Source of the DNA: Methanomassiliicoccaceae archaeon
GTDB lineage: Archaea; Thermoplasmatota; Thermoplasmata; Methanomassiliicoccales; Methanomassiliicoccaceae
Direction: 5' to 3'
Assembly: GCA_040776945.1 (NCBI GenBank)
Contig: JAXGZN010000001.1
Coordinates: 256,001-320,000 of the forward strand
Length of the DNA stretch: 64,000 nt
Part shown: positions 1 through 8,780 of the stretch, one piece after another
Numbering within the stretch: position 1 is the stretch's first letter
Layout of the letters: the number at the start of each line of letters is the position of its first letter
Program-made: the position numbers and the translations under genes
The notes under the pieces: model-generated
Database searches by the model: none
Seen by the model: only the letters and a program-made list of their open reading frames with translations
What the model was told of the DNA's origin: nothing

Positions 1-273
1 GAACTGACGGCAATAGTGCGGCCGGCTAGAGTAGATCTCGCATCGCCGGTTAACCCCTAAGAAGGTGCAGGGTCCCTCCCCCCCTTTGAGAGCAAGGGCG
101 ACATGGCGGTGCGGCTCGCTCTTCATCACCACCCTAGACGGATGGTCCCTTTTAAAGAAAGGGACCTCATGGGGCAGCACCTCCGCCTGGCATAGGCAGC
201 ACAGCCCGCACTTGTCGTCGCAGGTGAAGGTCCTGCCCTCAAGCTCCGACATGTCCACTTCAAGGTCCAGCAA
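1..273 (-). CDS. YkgJ-family (CxxCxxCC) cysteine-cluster protein, runs off window start
   Basis: Manual translation, not in the ORF track: LLDLEVDMSELEGRTFTCDDKCGLCCLCQ...GPCTFLGVNRRCEIYSSRPHYCRQF. The start overlaps the pyrC stop region. Confidence 0.85.
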   Translation of the reverse strand, partial: MLDLEVDMSELEGRTFTCDDKCGLCCLCQAEVLPHEVPFFKRDHPSRVVMKSEPHRHVALALKGGEGPCTFLGVNRRCEIYSSRPHYCRQF

Positions 274-1513
274 AGACGTCCCTTCCTGCCCTCTCCCCGA
301 CAACGCTTCCTTCCTCCACCACTACGCTTCCGCGCAGCATGACGGCGTGAGGGAATATGGCATCGAACCCTTCGTAGAGGGTCCAGCCGCACTTGCTGTG
401 GAGGTTATTAACCTTTATGCCGCCCATGGACCTAGTGTCCACGATCATGAGGTCGGCATCCCTGCCCACCTCTATGCGCCCCTTGTTCAGTCCGAACAGC
501 GCGGCCGGCCGTTCGGCCATCGCCCGCACCAGGACATCCAGTGGAAGCGTGCCCTTCTTGACCAGCGAGAGCATCACTGGCACTTGGGTCTCCACTCCCG
601 GCATCCCCGATGGGGCCGCGGCGAACTCCTGCTCCTTCTCCTCGGCGGTGTGCGGTGCATGATCTGAGCCAAGCATCTCGATCCGGCCGGTGATGAACGC
701 CTGAAGGAGCGCGAGGCGGTCCTGCTCCGTTCGCAGCGGAGGATTGACCTTGGCGAAGGCGCCGCTCTTGGACTCGCGGTCGAGGAGCATATGATGGGCG
801 GCGACCTCCTTGTGCAGCTTCAGTCCCTCGGCGGCCCTCAGACCCTCGGCCGAGGATATATGGCATACGTTCACTCGGCATCCCAGTGGCGGGAGCTTGT
901 TGATGGCCGAGACCTCGGCCTCGGCAGGACGGTTCCTCATGTGGTCATGGAGGTCGCGCTCCAGCTCGTTGCCTATCAGTGATTCATCTTCCGCGTGCAC
1001 GCTGAGCACCTTGCCTGTGGCCTTTACCTCGCGGCCGATGCGCTTCATGTCAGCATCCTCGGTCACCAGCAGATTCCCGGTCGAGGAGCCCATGAACATC
1101 TTGAACCCTGCTGCGAACGGTGCCATAGGTTCTAGCTTTTCCCTTGGCATGCACCCGGCGAACAGACCGTGGTCGATCCATGCCTTTCCGGAGATGGCTT
1201 CCTTCTTCTCCTTTAGGTCTATGAGCTTGACCGCCGGGGGCAGGGTGTTGGGCATGTCCAGAACGCAGCCCACCCCGCCGAACGCGGCAGCTAGGGTGCC
1301 GGTCGAGAAGTCCTCCTTGGCCGTGAGCCCGGGGTCCCGGAAGTGCACGTGCGGATCTATGGCGGCCGGCAGGATGAGCATGTGGCGGCAATCGATCTTA
1401 CGGTCCCCTTTGAGGTTCTTCCCCAAGGCCACGATCCTGCCGTCCTCTATGCCTATGCTCCAGTTGGACAATCTCCCCTTGACGAAGGCGCGCCCCTCAA
1501 CGACAAGCTCCAT
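260..1513 (-). CDS. pyrC: Dihydroorotase (amidohydrolase family)
   Basis: DPHVHFRDPG, DMPNT, KVNPPLR, SDHAPH and SKCGWT motifs. Confidence 0.9.
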   Translation of the reverse strand: MELVVEGRAFVKGRLSNWSIGIEDGRIVALGKNLKGDRKIDCRHMLILPAAIDPHVHFRDPGLTAKEDFSTGTLAAAFGGVGCVLDMPNTLPPAVKLIDLKEKKEAISGKAWIDHGLFAGCMPREKLEPMAPFAAGFKMFMGSSTGNLLVTEDADMKRIGREVKATGKVLSVHAEDESLIGNELERDLHDHMRNRPAEAEVSAINKLPPLGCRVNVCHISSAEGLRAAEGLKLHKEVAAHHMLLDRESKSGAFAKVNPPLRTEQDRLALLQAFITGRIEMLGSDHAPHTAEEKEQEFAAAPSGMPGVETQVPVMLSLVKKGTLPLDVLVRAMAERPAALFGLNKGRIEVGRDADLMIVDTRSMGGIKVNNLHSKCGWTLYEGFDAIFPHAVMLRGSVVVEEGSVVGERAGRDVFAGP

Positions 1514-2105
1514 GCGTGATCTCCTTCCTTGTCACCCGTCCTCGCGGGCTCTGCTCGGCGAAGATCTCGCCCTCGAAACGATAGAGCTTGGTGCGCCGGT
1601 CGAGCCACATGTCCGGGGACATCCCTGCCTTCATGCACGTCTGCCCCAAGAACTCTTCGGAGTCCCATCCCCATTCCACCGGCACTTGCGGAAGGAGGAG
1701 GCCGCGGAAAGGGCCGTGCTCGATGATGAGACCGTCCCTGCCCACCTTCACCTTCTGGGGAAGCTCCTTTCGGTCCTTTACCACGATCTCCTCCGGGACG
1801 GTCAAGATAGTGACCTCGACCACGATTTTGTCAAGCTCATCCTCCTGTAGGTCCTCGAAGCGCGGATCATGGCAGGCATGCTGGGCAGCCTGCAGGATAG
1901 CGCTCGCCAGCGAGAACAGTGGCTCTGGAAATCCGATGCATCCCCGCAACAGATGGCTCGGGTACTGGTTGAGGGTAACGAAAACCCCGCGCTTCTCACG
2001 GAAGCTCTCGGGAGCGTTCACCTGGTTCTCGCCAGTTCCTTTAACCTCTGCATCCACGGCCTGCCTGGCCAATCTGACCGCTATCTCTCCCTCGCCGTCC
2101 TTCAA
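1497..2105 (-). CDS. AMMECR1 / TIGR00296 family protein
   Basis: GVFVTL, LRGCIG, DPRF, GLLLPQV and CMKAG motifs. Confidence 0.92.
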   Translation of the reverse strand: MKDGEGEIAVRLARQAVDAEVKGTGENQVNAPESFREKRGVFVTLNQYPSHLLRGCIGFPEPLFSLASAILQAAQHACHDPRFEDLQEDELDKIVVEVTILTVPEEIVVKDRKELPQKVKVGRDGLIIEHGPFRGLLLPQVPVEWGWDSEEFLGQTCMKAGMSPDMWLDRRTKLYRFEGEIFAEQSPRGRVTRKEITHGACR

Positions 2106-2213
2106 TGGTTCGACCCGTTAGTGAGTAGCGAAGGGGTTGCTTATCTTAGTTGCGAGCATGCACGGCCTTGAGGGGACCAATGTATTTCTACCGCTCGTTC
2201 GCATGGTTCTATC

Positions 2214-2804
2214 ATGGCCTTTGAACGAGCGCGGGACATCTATGTCGAGGAGATAATGAGCAGGGTGCCGGTAGTTGGCGGCCCGGACCTCACGGCCAGG
2301 GACCTCGCTGTCCTGATGCGGGCCATGAAGGTTGGGAGCGTCATCATCATCAAGGAAGGTTGCCCGATAGGCATCGTCACTGAAAGGGACTTCGTGGAGA
2401 AGCTTGTCGCCGAGGACCTCCGCCCGGGCGAGGTAAGGGCGGATGAGATAATGACCGCTCCCTTGGTGACGGTTTCCCCCAATGAAAGCGTGGCCGAGGC
2501 CGGGCGCAAGATGGCACGGCTGCATCTGAGAAGGCTTCCGGTGGTTAAGGACAATGGTCTGGTAGGCATGCTGACCGAGAACGATATAACGAGGCTTTCG
2601 CCCTCCCTTATCGAGATAACCAGGGAGTGGAGGAACATCAACGCTCCGGGCGAGGACGAAAGAAGGCAGGCATCGTTCGCCGGGTACTGCGAGAACTGCG
2701 AGAACTACTCATACGATCTCAGGCAGACCGGCATCGCCTCTGGGCGCGGGTCCCTTCTGTGCGCGGAGTGCCGTGATATCTTCGGCCGCGATCCGACCGA
2801 GTGA
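2214..2804 (+). CDS. CBS-pair protein with C-terminal Zn-ribbon
   Basis: GIVTERD and GMLTEND CBS motifs; CENC...CAEC at the C-terminus. Confidence 0.88.
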   Translation: MAFERARDIYVEEIMSRVPVVGGPDLTARDLAVLMRAMKVGSVIIIKEGCPIGIVTERDFVEKLVAEDLRPGEVRADEIMTAPLVTVSPNESVAEAGRKMARLHLRRLPVVKDNGLVGMLTENDITRLSPSLIEITREWRNINAPGEDERRQASFAGYCENCENYSYDLRQTGIASGRGSLLCAECRDIFGRDPTE

Positions 2805-2805
2805 A

Positions 2806-3144
2806 CTACTCCAGCTCGATCTTGCGAAGGCCGGTCTCCGGGGGTTGTTCCTTGGACTCGATGTCCCTCACCAGGTTGATATGGGCATCCAATATGGCCC
2901 GGACCAGTAGAAGGCCCTCCCGTTTGGCGGCCAGGTAGTGCTGCTTTACTTCGTCTGGTATCATCTCCCGGGGGATCATGGAGTCGACTGCCAGGATTAT
3001 CTCCGTGGTGGCCCGTATCAGATGCTCCCGGGTCTCCCCGGAGAACATTGTCTCGCCCAACCTTTCCGCCTCGTGCCTGATCCGCCTCTGGCGGCCCGCC
3101 TCGTTCTCTGGTCCTGCCTCATTTTGCGTTTCTTCCCTGTCCAT
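2806..3144 (-). CDS. Small helical hypothetical protein, likely co-transcribed with the ArsA ATPase
   Basis: Starts 1 bp after the ArsA stop; has two internal helical repeats; ends RKIELE. Confidence 0.75.
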   Translation of the reverse strand: MDREETQNEAGPENEAGRQRRIRHEAERLGETMFSGETREHLIRATTEIILAVDSMIPREMIPDEVKQHYLAAKREGLLLVRAILDAHINLVRDIESKEQPPETGLRKIELE

Positions 3145-3145
3145 C

Positions 3146-4309
3146 TCAATCGCTCCTGAACGATATATGCAACCTGCCTTCCTTAAACTCCGCCTTGCTG
3201 GGTTCTTTCCGCGTGAAGGTGGTGGGGAGGGCTATCGACCTCCTGTACTGGCCTACCTCCACTAGAAGGTTGTCTCCCGACATATACAAGTGGACAGTGT
3301 CCTTCATGGTGAACGGCAGCTTCAGAGATATTATGTCCATGCCGTTGTCGGAATAGATCTCCATCGGCTTGTCGGTGGAGAAGTGCGTTACCGGGTCGAT
3401 GCCCCCGAACACCATCTCCCCAAGCTTCTCCAGGGACCGAATGCCGACCAGCTCCACTGGAAGCTGGGAAGCGGTGAGTATCTTGAGTGGATTGAAGGAT
3501 TCGTTGATTACCCTCATGTACTTCTCTTGCTCCTCGATCTTTTCCTTGAAGTAGCCGTTGTTGCCCTCAGGGATCAATCTGTTCACTACCAGGCAGTCGA
3601 CGGTAAGACCATATAGGCACATGTAGGTGAACGCACGCTTCGTTTCATTTATCACCATCTTCTCAGGATTGACCACCAAACGGACCGAGGTGACCTCAGG
3701 GTCCATCAATATCTTCTGGACGGCCTTCATTCGGGAGCCCAGTATCTCGAGGTCCTTGAGGAGCTCGTCCGATGGAAGCGGGGTGCTCATTACCTTTCCT
3801 ACGGTATAGCGGGCGAGGCGGATCAAGTTCTTCACAATGCCGTACATGCGGTCGATGTACCACCCTGAGACATCCGGGAAACTTAACAGCCTGAGCGTCT
3901 CCCCCGTAGGAGCGGTATCCATAACGATGACGTCGTAGACGTCCCGTTGGTAGAAATCGTCGATATAGAACAGGGCGGACATAAGTTCCATCCCGGGCAG
4001 TACAGCCATCTCCTTCGATGTGATGCCGTCCATCCCCTGTGACATGAAGAAGTCGGTGACGTATTTCTGGATCTCTTTCCAGCGGGTCTCCAGCTCATGA
4101 AGCATATCGATCTCAATGGCATCCAGGTTCGGTTCTATCCGGGTCATGCTGCCAGAAAGCGGCACTTCCAGGGAATCGGCCACTGAATGGGCCGCGTCCG
4201 TGGACATGAGGAGGGTCCGGTAGCCCATGCGTGCGGCCTTCAGGGCGGTGGCGGCGGCGACAGAGGTCTTGCCCACCCCACCTTTCCCAGTATAGATTAA
4301 CAGTCTCAA
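3146..4309 (-). CDS. ArsA/Get3 family ATPase with C-terminal HSP20-like (alpha-crystallin) domain
   Basis: GKGGVGKT, STDAAHS and DTAPTG motifs; beta-rich C-terminus LKLPF...RRSIALP...AEFKEGRLHISF. Confidence 0.9.
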   Translation of the reverse strand: MRLLIYTGKGGVGKTSVAAATALKAARMGYRTLLMSTDAAHSVADSLEVPLSGSMTRIEPNLDAIEIDMLHELETRWKEIQKYVTDFFMSQGMDGITSKEMAVLPGMELMSALFYIDDFYQRDVYDVIVMDTAPTGETLRLLSFPDVSGWYIDRMYGIVKNLIRLARYTVGKVMSTPLPSDELLKDLEILGSRMKAVQKILMDPEVTSVRLVVNPEKMVINETKRAFTYMCLYGLTVDCLVVNRLIPEGNNGYFKEKIEEQEKYMRVINESFNPLKILTASQLPVELVGIRSLEKLGEMVFGGIDPVTHFSTDKPMEIYSDNGMDIISLKLPFTMKDTVHLYMSGDNLLVEVGQYRRSIALPTTFTRKEPSKAEFKEGRLHISFRSD

Positions 4310-4429
4310 CAGTTCACCGAACTAATCCTATCTTGGTCCCTCTACTTGAAGGATATGCATGGAGGGAGGAATGGCCTCGTGACATTGAAAAAAGGAATGA
4401 ACGGGGCGCTGCCCCTTGATGATAGTTAG

Positions 4430-4533
4430 TGCCGGGGATGGGCTTTGAACCCATGACCTACGGATCTCCCGGACCCTGGCCTGTGGCCAGGACCTTATGA
4501 GTCCGTCGCTCCACCAGGCTGAGCCACCCCGGC
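4430..4533 (-). tRNA. tRNA-Met(CAT) with ~30-nt intron at 37/38
   Basis: Reverse complement reads GCCGGGG TG GCTC..GAGC G ACGGA CT CAT A [AGGTCCTGGCCACAGGCCAGGGTCCGGGAG] A TCCGT..TTCAAAG..CCCCGGC A. Confidence 0.9.
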
Positions 4534-4544
4534 ATTGTTCAGTC

Positions 4545-5306
4545 TTATTCCACGATCTCTGGTTCCGAGTCCTCCTCGGCGACCTCTTCCTCCGCCGGGG
4601 ATTCCTCCTCCGAGACCTCTTCCTCTGAGGCTTCGGCGGCCTGCGCGGCCGCCTGTTCCGCAGCCTCCTGGCCGAACCTCTCTTGGATGCTCGGCTCGTC
4701 GGCCGCGACGGTGCCCGCTTCCAGCACCTCGCTCTTGCGGACCTCGATCCTCTTTATGGGTATGATGACCTTGGCCGCGTTGGACAGGTCCCGGGACAGG
4801 TCGCCGGTGATGACCGCTTTGATCAGCTCTGAGATGGTCATGTTTGCAGCCATATCGATCAGCGTGCTGGTCATTATGTTCCTTATGGCGGTCTCCTGCG
4901 CCGCCTGGATCCGCTGTTCGGTGATGCTCATTGGCTTTATTCGGACCTTGAACCCATCCTTGGTGCGGACATCGACCACATGATCGGTCTTTGTCCTCTT
5001 TCGCCTGGTCAGCCTGCGGACATAATCGCTCGTCAGCTCATGGCCTATGAAAGCTGTGTGAGCCTCGAGGCCCCTGACGTCAGTGACATTGAAGCGGATC
5101 TTGATGTGCATCTTGGAGAAGTCCCCTGTCAGTTCATGGACGGTGACCTCGGTTATCCTGCCCATCAACGCGGAGGGATCCGAGCTAGGTGTCTCCCCAA
5201 GCTCCACCTGATTGAACATGCGGGGAGCGTACAGCTTGTACCATTCTTTAGCCTTCCACTTGTCCTTGACCTTCCGCGCCGCCGTTTTCGCCTTCTTAAC
5301 CGCCAT
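4545..5306 (-). CDS. rps3ae: 30S ribosomal protein S3Ae (eS1) with acidic C-terminal tail
   Basis: KVKDKWKAKEWY, ELTGDFSKMH and DYVRRLTRR motifs. Confidence 0.95.
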   Translation of the reverse strand: MAVKKAKTAARKVKDKWKAKEWYKLYAPRMFNQVELGETPSSDPSALMGRITEVTVHELTGDFSKMHIKIRFNVTDVRGLEAHTAFIGHELTSDYVRRLTRRKRTKTDHVVDVRTKDGFKVRIKPMSITEQRIQAAQETAIRNIMTSTLIDMAANMTISELIKAVITGDLSRDLSNAAKVIIPIKRIEVRKSEVLEAGTVAADEPSIQERFGQEAAEQAAAQAAEASEEEVSEEESPAEEEVAEEDSEPEIVE

Positions 5307-5390
5307 GAGCTAACCTCCGTGATAGTGCAACGACCCACAATAGTGTGTGGCAATCCTGCTCGGGTGAACGGGATAAGGGTCGAATGTACC

Positions 5391-5408
5391 ACTTATATAA
5401 AAGCTTTT
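5391..5408 (-). promoter_or_regulatory. Putative BRE/TATA promoter of rps3ae
   Basis: Minus strand AAAAGCTTTTATATAAGT upstream of the gene. Confidence 0.55.
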
Positions 5409-5515
5409 GTGTCTTGAACGGTAGGCGTATCAATTGCAAGGGAGGGCTATTGTCTTGAACGGTCCAATGAACTTAGCGGCAGGTTTGGGAACCTCGAAGA
5501 ACGATCAGATCATCA

Positions 5516-5725
5516 TTAGGCCTTCACGGCCTTCTTTGGAGCTGCCTTGGCGACCGTTTTCTTTGCGACCGCCTTCTTAGGCGCTGCGGCCTTCTTTGGA
5601 GCTGCCTTCTTCGCGGCGGTCTTGGCAGCAACCTTCTTCTCCTCGGTTTTCTTAGGCGCTGCGGCCTTCTTTGGAGCTGCCTTCTTCGCGGCGGTCTTGG
5701 CCTTGGTTGTGGTTTTCGCAGGCAT
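5516..5725 (-). CDS. Lys/Ala/Pro-rich histone H1-like small basic protein
   Basis: 69 aa composed almost entirely of K/A/P/T, with AKTAAKKAAPKKAAAPKK twice; AT-rich promoter region upstream. Confidence 0.75.
   Translation of the reverse strand: MPAKTTTKAKTAAKKAAPKKAAAPKKTEEKKVAAKTAAKKAAPKKAAAPKKAVAKKTVAKAAPKKAVKA
5574..5701. repeat. 53-bp direct repeat x2 (75-bp period) inside the H1-like gene
   Basis: ttcttaggcgctgcggccttctttggagctgccttcttcgcggcggtcttggc at 5574-5626 and 5649-5701. Confidence 0.9.
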
Positions 5726-5889
5726 TTTTATCCAGGCATAGGTATAGCTAAAGTAATTGAATATCTTTTCTATTCAGATATTAGATTTTAACCGTCGATC
5801 ATACTGGTCGTTAAGAATTATATTCTTTCTCGAATTATAGATGACCCACTAGCCCTTTTTCCTAAGCCAGACAATTATTGATTAACGAC

Positions 5890-5941
5890 AAAAAAACATG
5901 CAGGGGAAAGAAAAAGGATAGAAAAAGGGAGGCGCGCCTCC
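5890..5941 (-). terminator. Putative terminator after hdrB
   Basis: GGAGGCGCGCCTCC palindrome followed by T-tracts on the minus strand. Confidence 0.6.
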
Positions 5942-5949
5942 GTTTGTCC

Positions 5950-6801
5950 TCAGAAAGACGCTGGGACCTCTTGGAGATCGAGGCCGAGCTTCTCCTTGGG
6001 CACGCCCAGGGCAAGCCCGTAGAGCTGAGCGAGATGAATGACCGGGATGTCAAATCCCTTTATGTCCTTCTGGCCCCTGTCGAACTGCAGGTGGCAGAAC
6101 GGGCAAACATCGACAATGTACTGCGCGCCGGCCGCCTTGATGTTCTTCAGTTTCTCCTCGGTGAACTTGTTGGCAAGGGACGGGTTCCCTGAACGGACGC
6201 CTCCGCCCGCACCACAGCACATCATCTTGTCCTTGTAGTCGATGCTCTTTGCGCCGGTGACCTCGACAAGCTCGTCCAGGATCTTGGGACGCTCTGGATC
6301 GTCCAAGTGCTTGATGTTGCTGGGCTTTAGGAAGTGGCAGCCATAGTGGACCGCCACTTTCATGTCCAGGGGCTTCTTGATGTGGGACTTGATGTGTTCA
6401 AGCCCGATGTCCTTGTAGAACAGCTCGGCGAAGTGGTGGACCTTAACATCACCATTGTACTCAAGGCCTACCTCTCTCAGGATCTTGTTGACCGCCCGGA
6501 GCTTCTCCGGGTCATTGTGAAGGACATGCGCCGCATCATACAGCGAGCCGTAGCAACCATTGCAGATGGTGAGTATGTCCGCTCCCTTGTTCTGCGCGAG
6601 CGCCAGGTTCCTGGCGGCGATGGCGAGCCAGGCATCGCTCTCGAAGGACTTGATAACACCTGGAGCGGGGCAGCAGCCTGCGCCCTCCAGCTCTACGATC
6701 TCCATATCCAGCTCCTTGCAGATGGCGCGGGTGGAGGATTCGATACCGGGATATCTTGCGGGGGCCACGCAGCCTAGGAACAGGGCGTACTTCTTGGCCA
6801 T
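5950..6801 (-). CDS. hdrB: CoB-CoM heterodisulfide reductase subunit B
   Basis: Two CCG domains: GCCPAPG, ICNGC, HYGCHFLKP, MCCGAGGG, CPFCHLQFD. Confidence 0.95.
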   Translation of the reverse strand: MAKKYALFLGCVAPARYPGIESSTRAICKELDMEIVELEGAGCCPAPGVIKSFESDAWLAIAARNLALAQNKGADILTICNGCYGSLYDAAHVLHNDPEKLRAVNKILREVGLEYNGDVKVHHFAELFYKDIGLEHIKSHIKKPLDMKVAVHYGCHFLKPSNIKHLDDPERPKILDELVEVTGAKSIDYKDKMMCCGAGGGVRSGNPSLANKFTEEKLKNIKAAGAQYIVDVCPFCHLQFDRGQKDIKGFDIPVIHLAQLYGLALGVPKEKLGLDLQEVPASF

Positions 6802-6802
6802 C

Positions 6803-7324
6803 TTAAGCACCTCCGATGAGCTTGTCGAACCCGACGGCCTTCAGGATCTTCTGGAAGTCCTCGAGGGCCTTCTTGTCGCCCAGGGTGTTGACCGGGCGGC
6901 GGGACAGTCCGAGCTTCTCGCGGGCATCCTCGTATTTGGCGTTCAGAGGGATTGTTGCACCGTTTGCCAGGAGGTACTCTCCTACCTTGCGGTGCTCATC
7001 GGACATTATGCCTTCCTTCACCGCCATGTTCCTGAGCACGGTGATTATGTCGACGATCTCTACTCCACGGGGGCAGCGCTCCATGCAGGTGTAGCAGGTG
7101 GTGCAGGCCCACAGGTCAGGGGATTTCAGGACATCGTCCTTCAGGCCCAGTTGGGCCTTGCGGATGAGCTTCCTGGTCCGGAACGAGGTCATGCGTCCAG
7201 AGGGGCAGCTCCCGGTGCATGTACCGCACTGGAAGCAAAGCATCAAGGACTCGCCGCCATGCTGTTTCTGCACGGCCTCGGCAAAGTCAGCGTTCGGTTC
7301 CTTAGGAGATGGCAATTGATTCAC
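6803..7324 (-). CDS. hdrC: CoB-CoM heterodisulfide reductase subunit C
   Basis: CFQCGTCTGSCPSG and CTTCYTCMERCPRG 4Fe-4S motifs; adjacent to hdrB. Confidence 0.95.
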   Translation of the reverse strand: MNQLPSPKEPNADFAEAVQKQHGGESLMLCFQCGTCTGSCPSGRMTSFRTRKLIRKAQLGLKDDVLKSPDLWACTTCYTCMERCPRGVEIVDIITVLRNMAVKEGIMSDEHRKVGEYLLANGATIPLNAKYEDAREKLGLSRRPVNTLGDKKALEDFQKILKAVGFDKLIGGA

Positions 7325-7344
7325 CTTGAGCGAGTCAAGGTTTG

Positions 7345-7372
7345 AGGTTATATAAACTTATAGAAAAAAGAG
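7345..7372 (-). promoter_or_regulatory. Putative TATA box of hdrCB
   Basis: Minus strand AGTTTATATAACC about 25 bp upstream of the hdrC start. Confidence 0.55.
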
Positions 7373-7393
7373 CACTTATTTAACCTAAATAGG

Positions 7394-8218
7394 TTATACT
7401 CTCTCTCCGACCTTCCTCAAGGCCGCGATCAGTCCGCGCACCTTCGGGGTCTCCTTGCGGTAGACTGCGTTGATCTGATGGGCTAGTTTGGCGGGATCTG
7501 TATCGCTCTTGAGCTTCAGGCCCCTCCTCAGGACAAGCGACTCGTTTATGAAGAAGCTCAGTCCAGATGACATCATGATCTCGGGGGAGCGGTAGGCCTG
7601 AACTATCTCATGCTCTACTTCAGCGCTCTCCAGATGACGGAAGCCGATCCTTTGGGCACCGTACATGAAGCGGGCATAGCGCGCCCCCCGTTCCACGTGC
7701 AGCAGGCGATCGGTGGCCACCTCCTGCCATTTGACCCCTTCAAGGTCAAACAGATATAGAGGATCGTCGAGGACCAGAACGTCCATGAGGCCCGCGCGGA
7801 AGTCCTTCAGGTTCCGTTGGTCATCGGAGATGATGAGGTCGCACTCTCCTTTAGGGTCTGCAGCGGTCAGGGCGCGGAGGAGCATCTCCTCGGTGATCAT
7901 CGTGCCGCCTATGACCATCCCCTTCTCTGAGATCACCCGCCTGCTCAGAGCTATATATTCCAAGGCGATCCTTTCCCCCTCTTCGTTGAGGGACGTTCCC
8001 CGGGGGCTTGCCACCAGCAGTCCGGTCCCTACCTTGGTCTCGATCTGCCCGAGATACCGGTTCAGGACCGGAGTGGTGATCCCAAGACGGGCCGCGGCCC
8101 GGTTCTGGCTCCCCTCTTCATAGACAGCACGGAGCACTTCCAACTGCCGAGTGGTGAGGGTGGACCTGCCGACCTTGAAGGATACGGCGGGCTCGAGCTT
8201 CAGTTCACGGGAGGGCAT
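7394..8218 (-). CDS. LysR/ModE-type HTH transcriptional regulator
   Basis: LEVLRAVYEEGSQNRAAARLGIT...IETKVGTGLL..SPRGTSL HTH. Start taken at MPSREL; the longer ORF overlaps the divergent gene. Confidence 0.8.
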   Translation of the reverse strand: MPSRELKLEPAVSFKVGRSTLTTRQLEVLRAVYEEGSQNRAAARLGITTPVLNRYLGQIETKVGTGLLVASPRGTSLNEEGERIALEYIALSRRVISEKGMVIGGTMITEEMLLRALTAADPKGECDLIISDDQRNLKDFRAGLMDVLVLDDPLYLFDLEGVKWQEVATDRLLHVERGARYARFMYGAQRIGFRHLESAEVEHEIVQAYRSPEIMMSSGLSFFINESLVLRRGLKLKSDTDPAKLAHQINAVYRKETPKVRGLIAALRKVGERV

Positions 8219-8315
8219 GCGGCCTGGGGAAAGGCATGCAGGCATATCAACCCTGCACGCAATCCGGGCGATGCCGGGGAAACCTTTTGTACCTGCCTCA
8301 TCTTGAACGGGGAGG

Positions 8316-8780
8316 ATGAAGAACCGAACACTAGTCCTTGGTATCGGCAGTCCGATCATGTGCGACGACGCCATCGGCCTCAGGGTCCTGCAAGAGCTTG
8401 GAAAGAGGGGAGTACAGGGAGTGGACCTCGAGGAGGCATGCGTCAGCGGTCTGGACCTAATAGAGATCATGCTCGACCACGAACTGGTCATCATCGTAGA
8501 TGCCATCATCCAGTCCGGCCACCCGCCCGGTACGGTGATGGTCTTGTCGCCGGAGGATTTCAGCGATACCGTCCACGGCACCAATCCTCACGAGGCCAAT
8601 GTGGCCACCACCATCGAGCTCGGCAAGGTGCTGGAGCCGGACAGGTTCCCCAAGAAGGTGCGGTTCGTGGCGGTGGAGGCCAACGACGTCATCACCGTCA
8701 CCGACAAGATGACCCCCGAGGTGGAGGCAGCTCTTGAGCGGACCGTAGATAAGGTCCTTGAGCTGATCGCTGAGAACTGA
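8316..8780 (+). CDS. Hydrogenase maturation protease (HybD/HycI family)
   Basis: LVLGIGSPIMCDDAIG, IIVDAI and NPHE motifs. Confidence 0.9.
   Translation: MKNRTLVLGIGSPIMCDDAIGLRVLQELGKRGVQGVDLEEACVSGLDLIEIMLDHELVIIVDAIIQSGHPPGTVMVLSPEDFSDTVHGTNPHEANVATTIELGKVLEPDRFPKKVRFVAVEANDVITVTDKMTPEVEAALERTVDKVLELIAEN

Noticed and set aside
810-1850. Long alternative ORFs such as 810-1850, 6560-7345 and 47919-48779
   Set aside because: They are antisense shadows of well-supported genes, expected at this GC content, and show no motifs.
4430-4533. tRNA-Met intron as a novelty
   Set aside because: A canonical 37/38 intron in tRNA-Met is common in Euryarchaeota.
5574-5701. Direct repeats as a mini-CRISPR
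   Set aside because: Only two copies, in frame within a coding sequence, with no cas genes.
5950-7324. hdrBC without adjacent hdrA
   Set aside because: hdrA is frequently encoded elsewhere in methanogens, so this is not unusual.
7394-8584. 396-aa version of the LysR-like ORF
   Set aside because: The N-terminal extension overlaps the divergent hydrogenase protease; the HTH-consistent start is at 8218.
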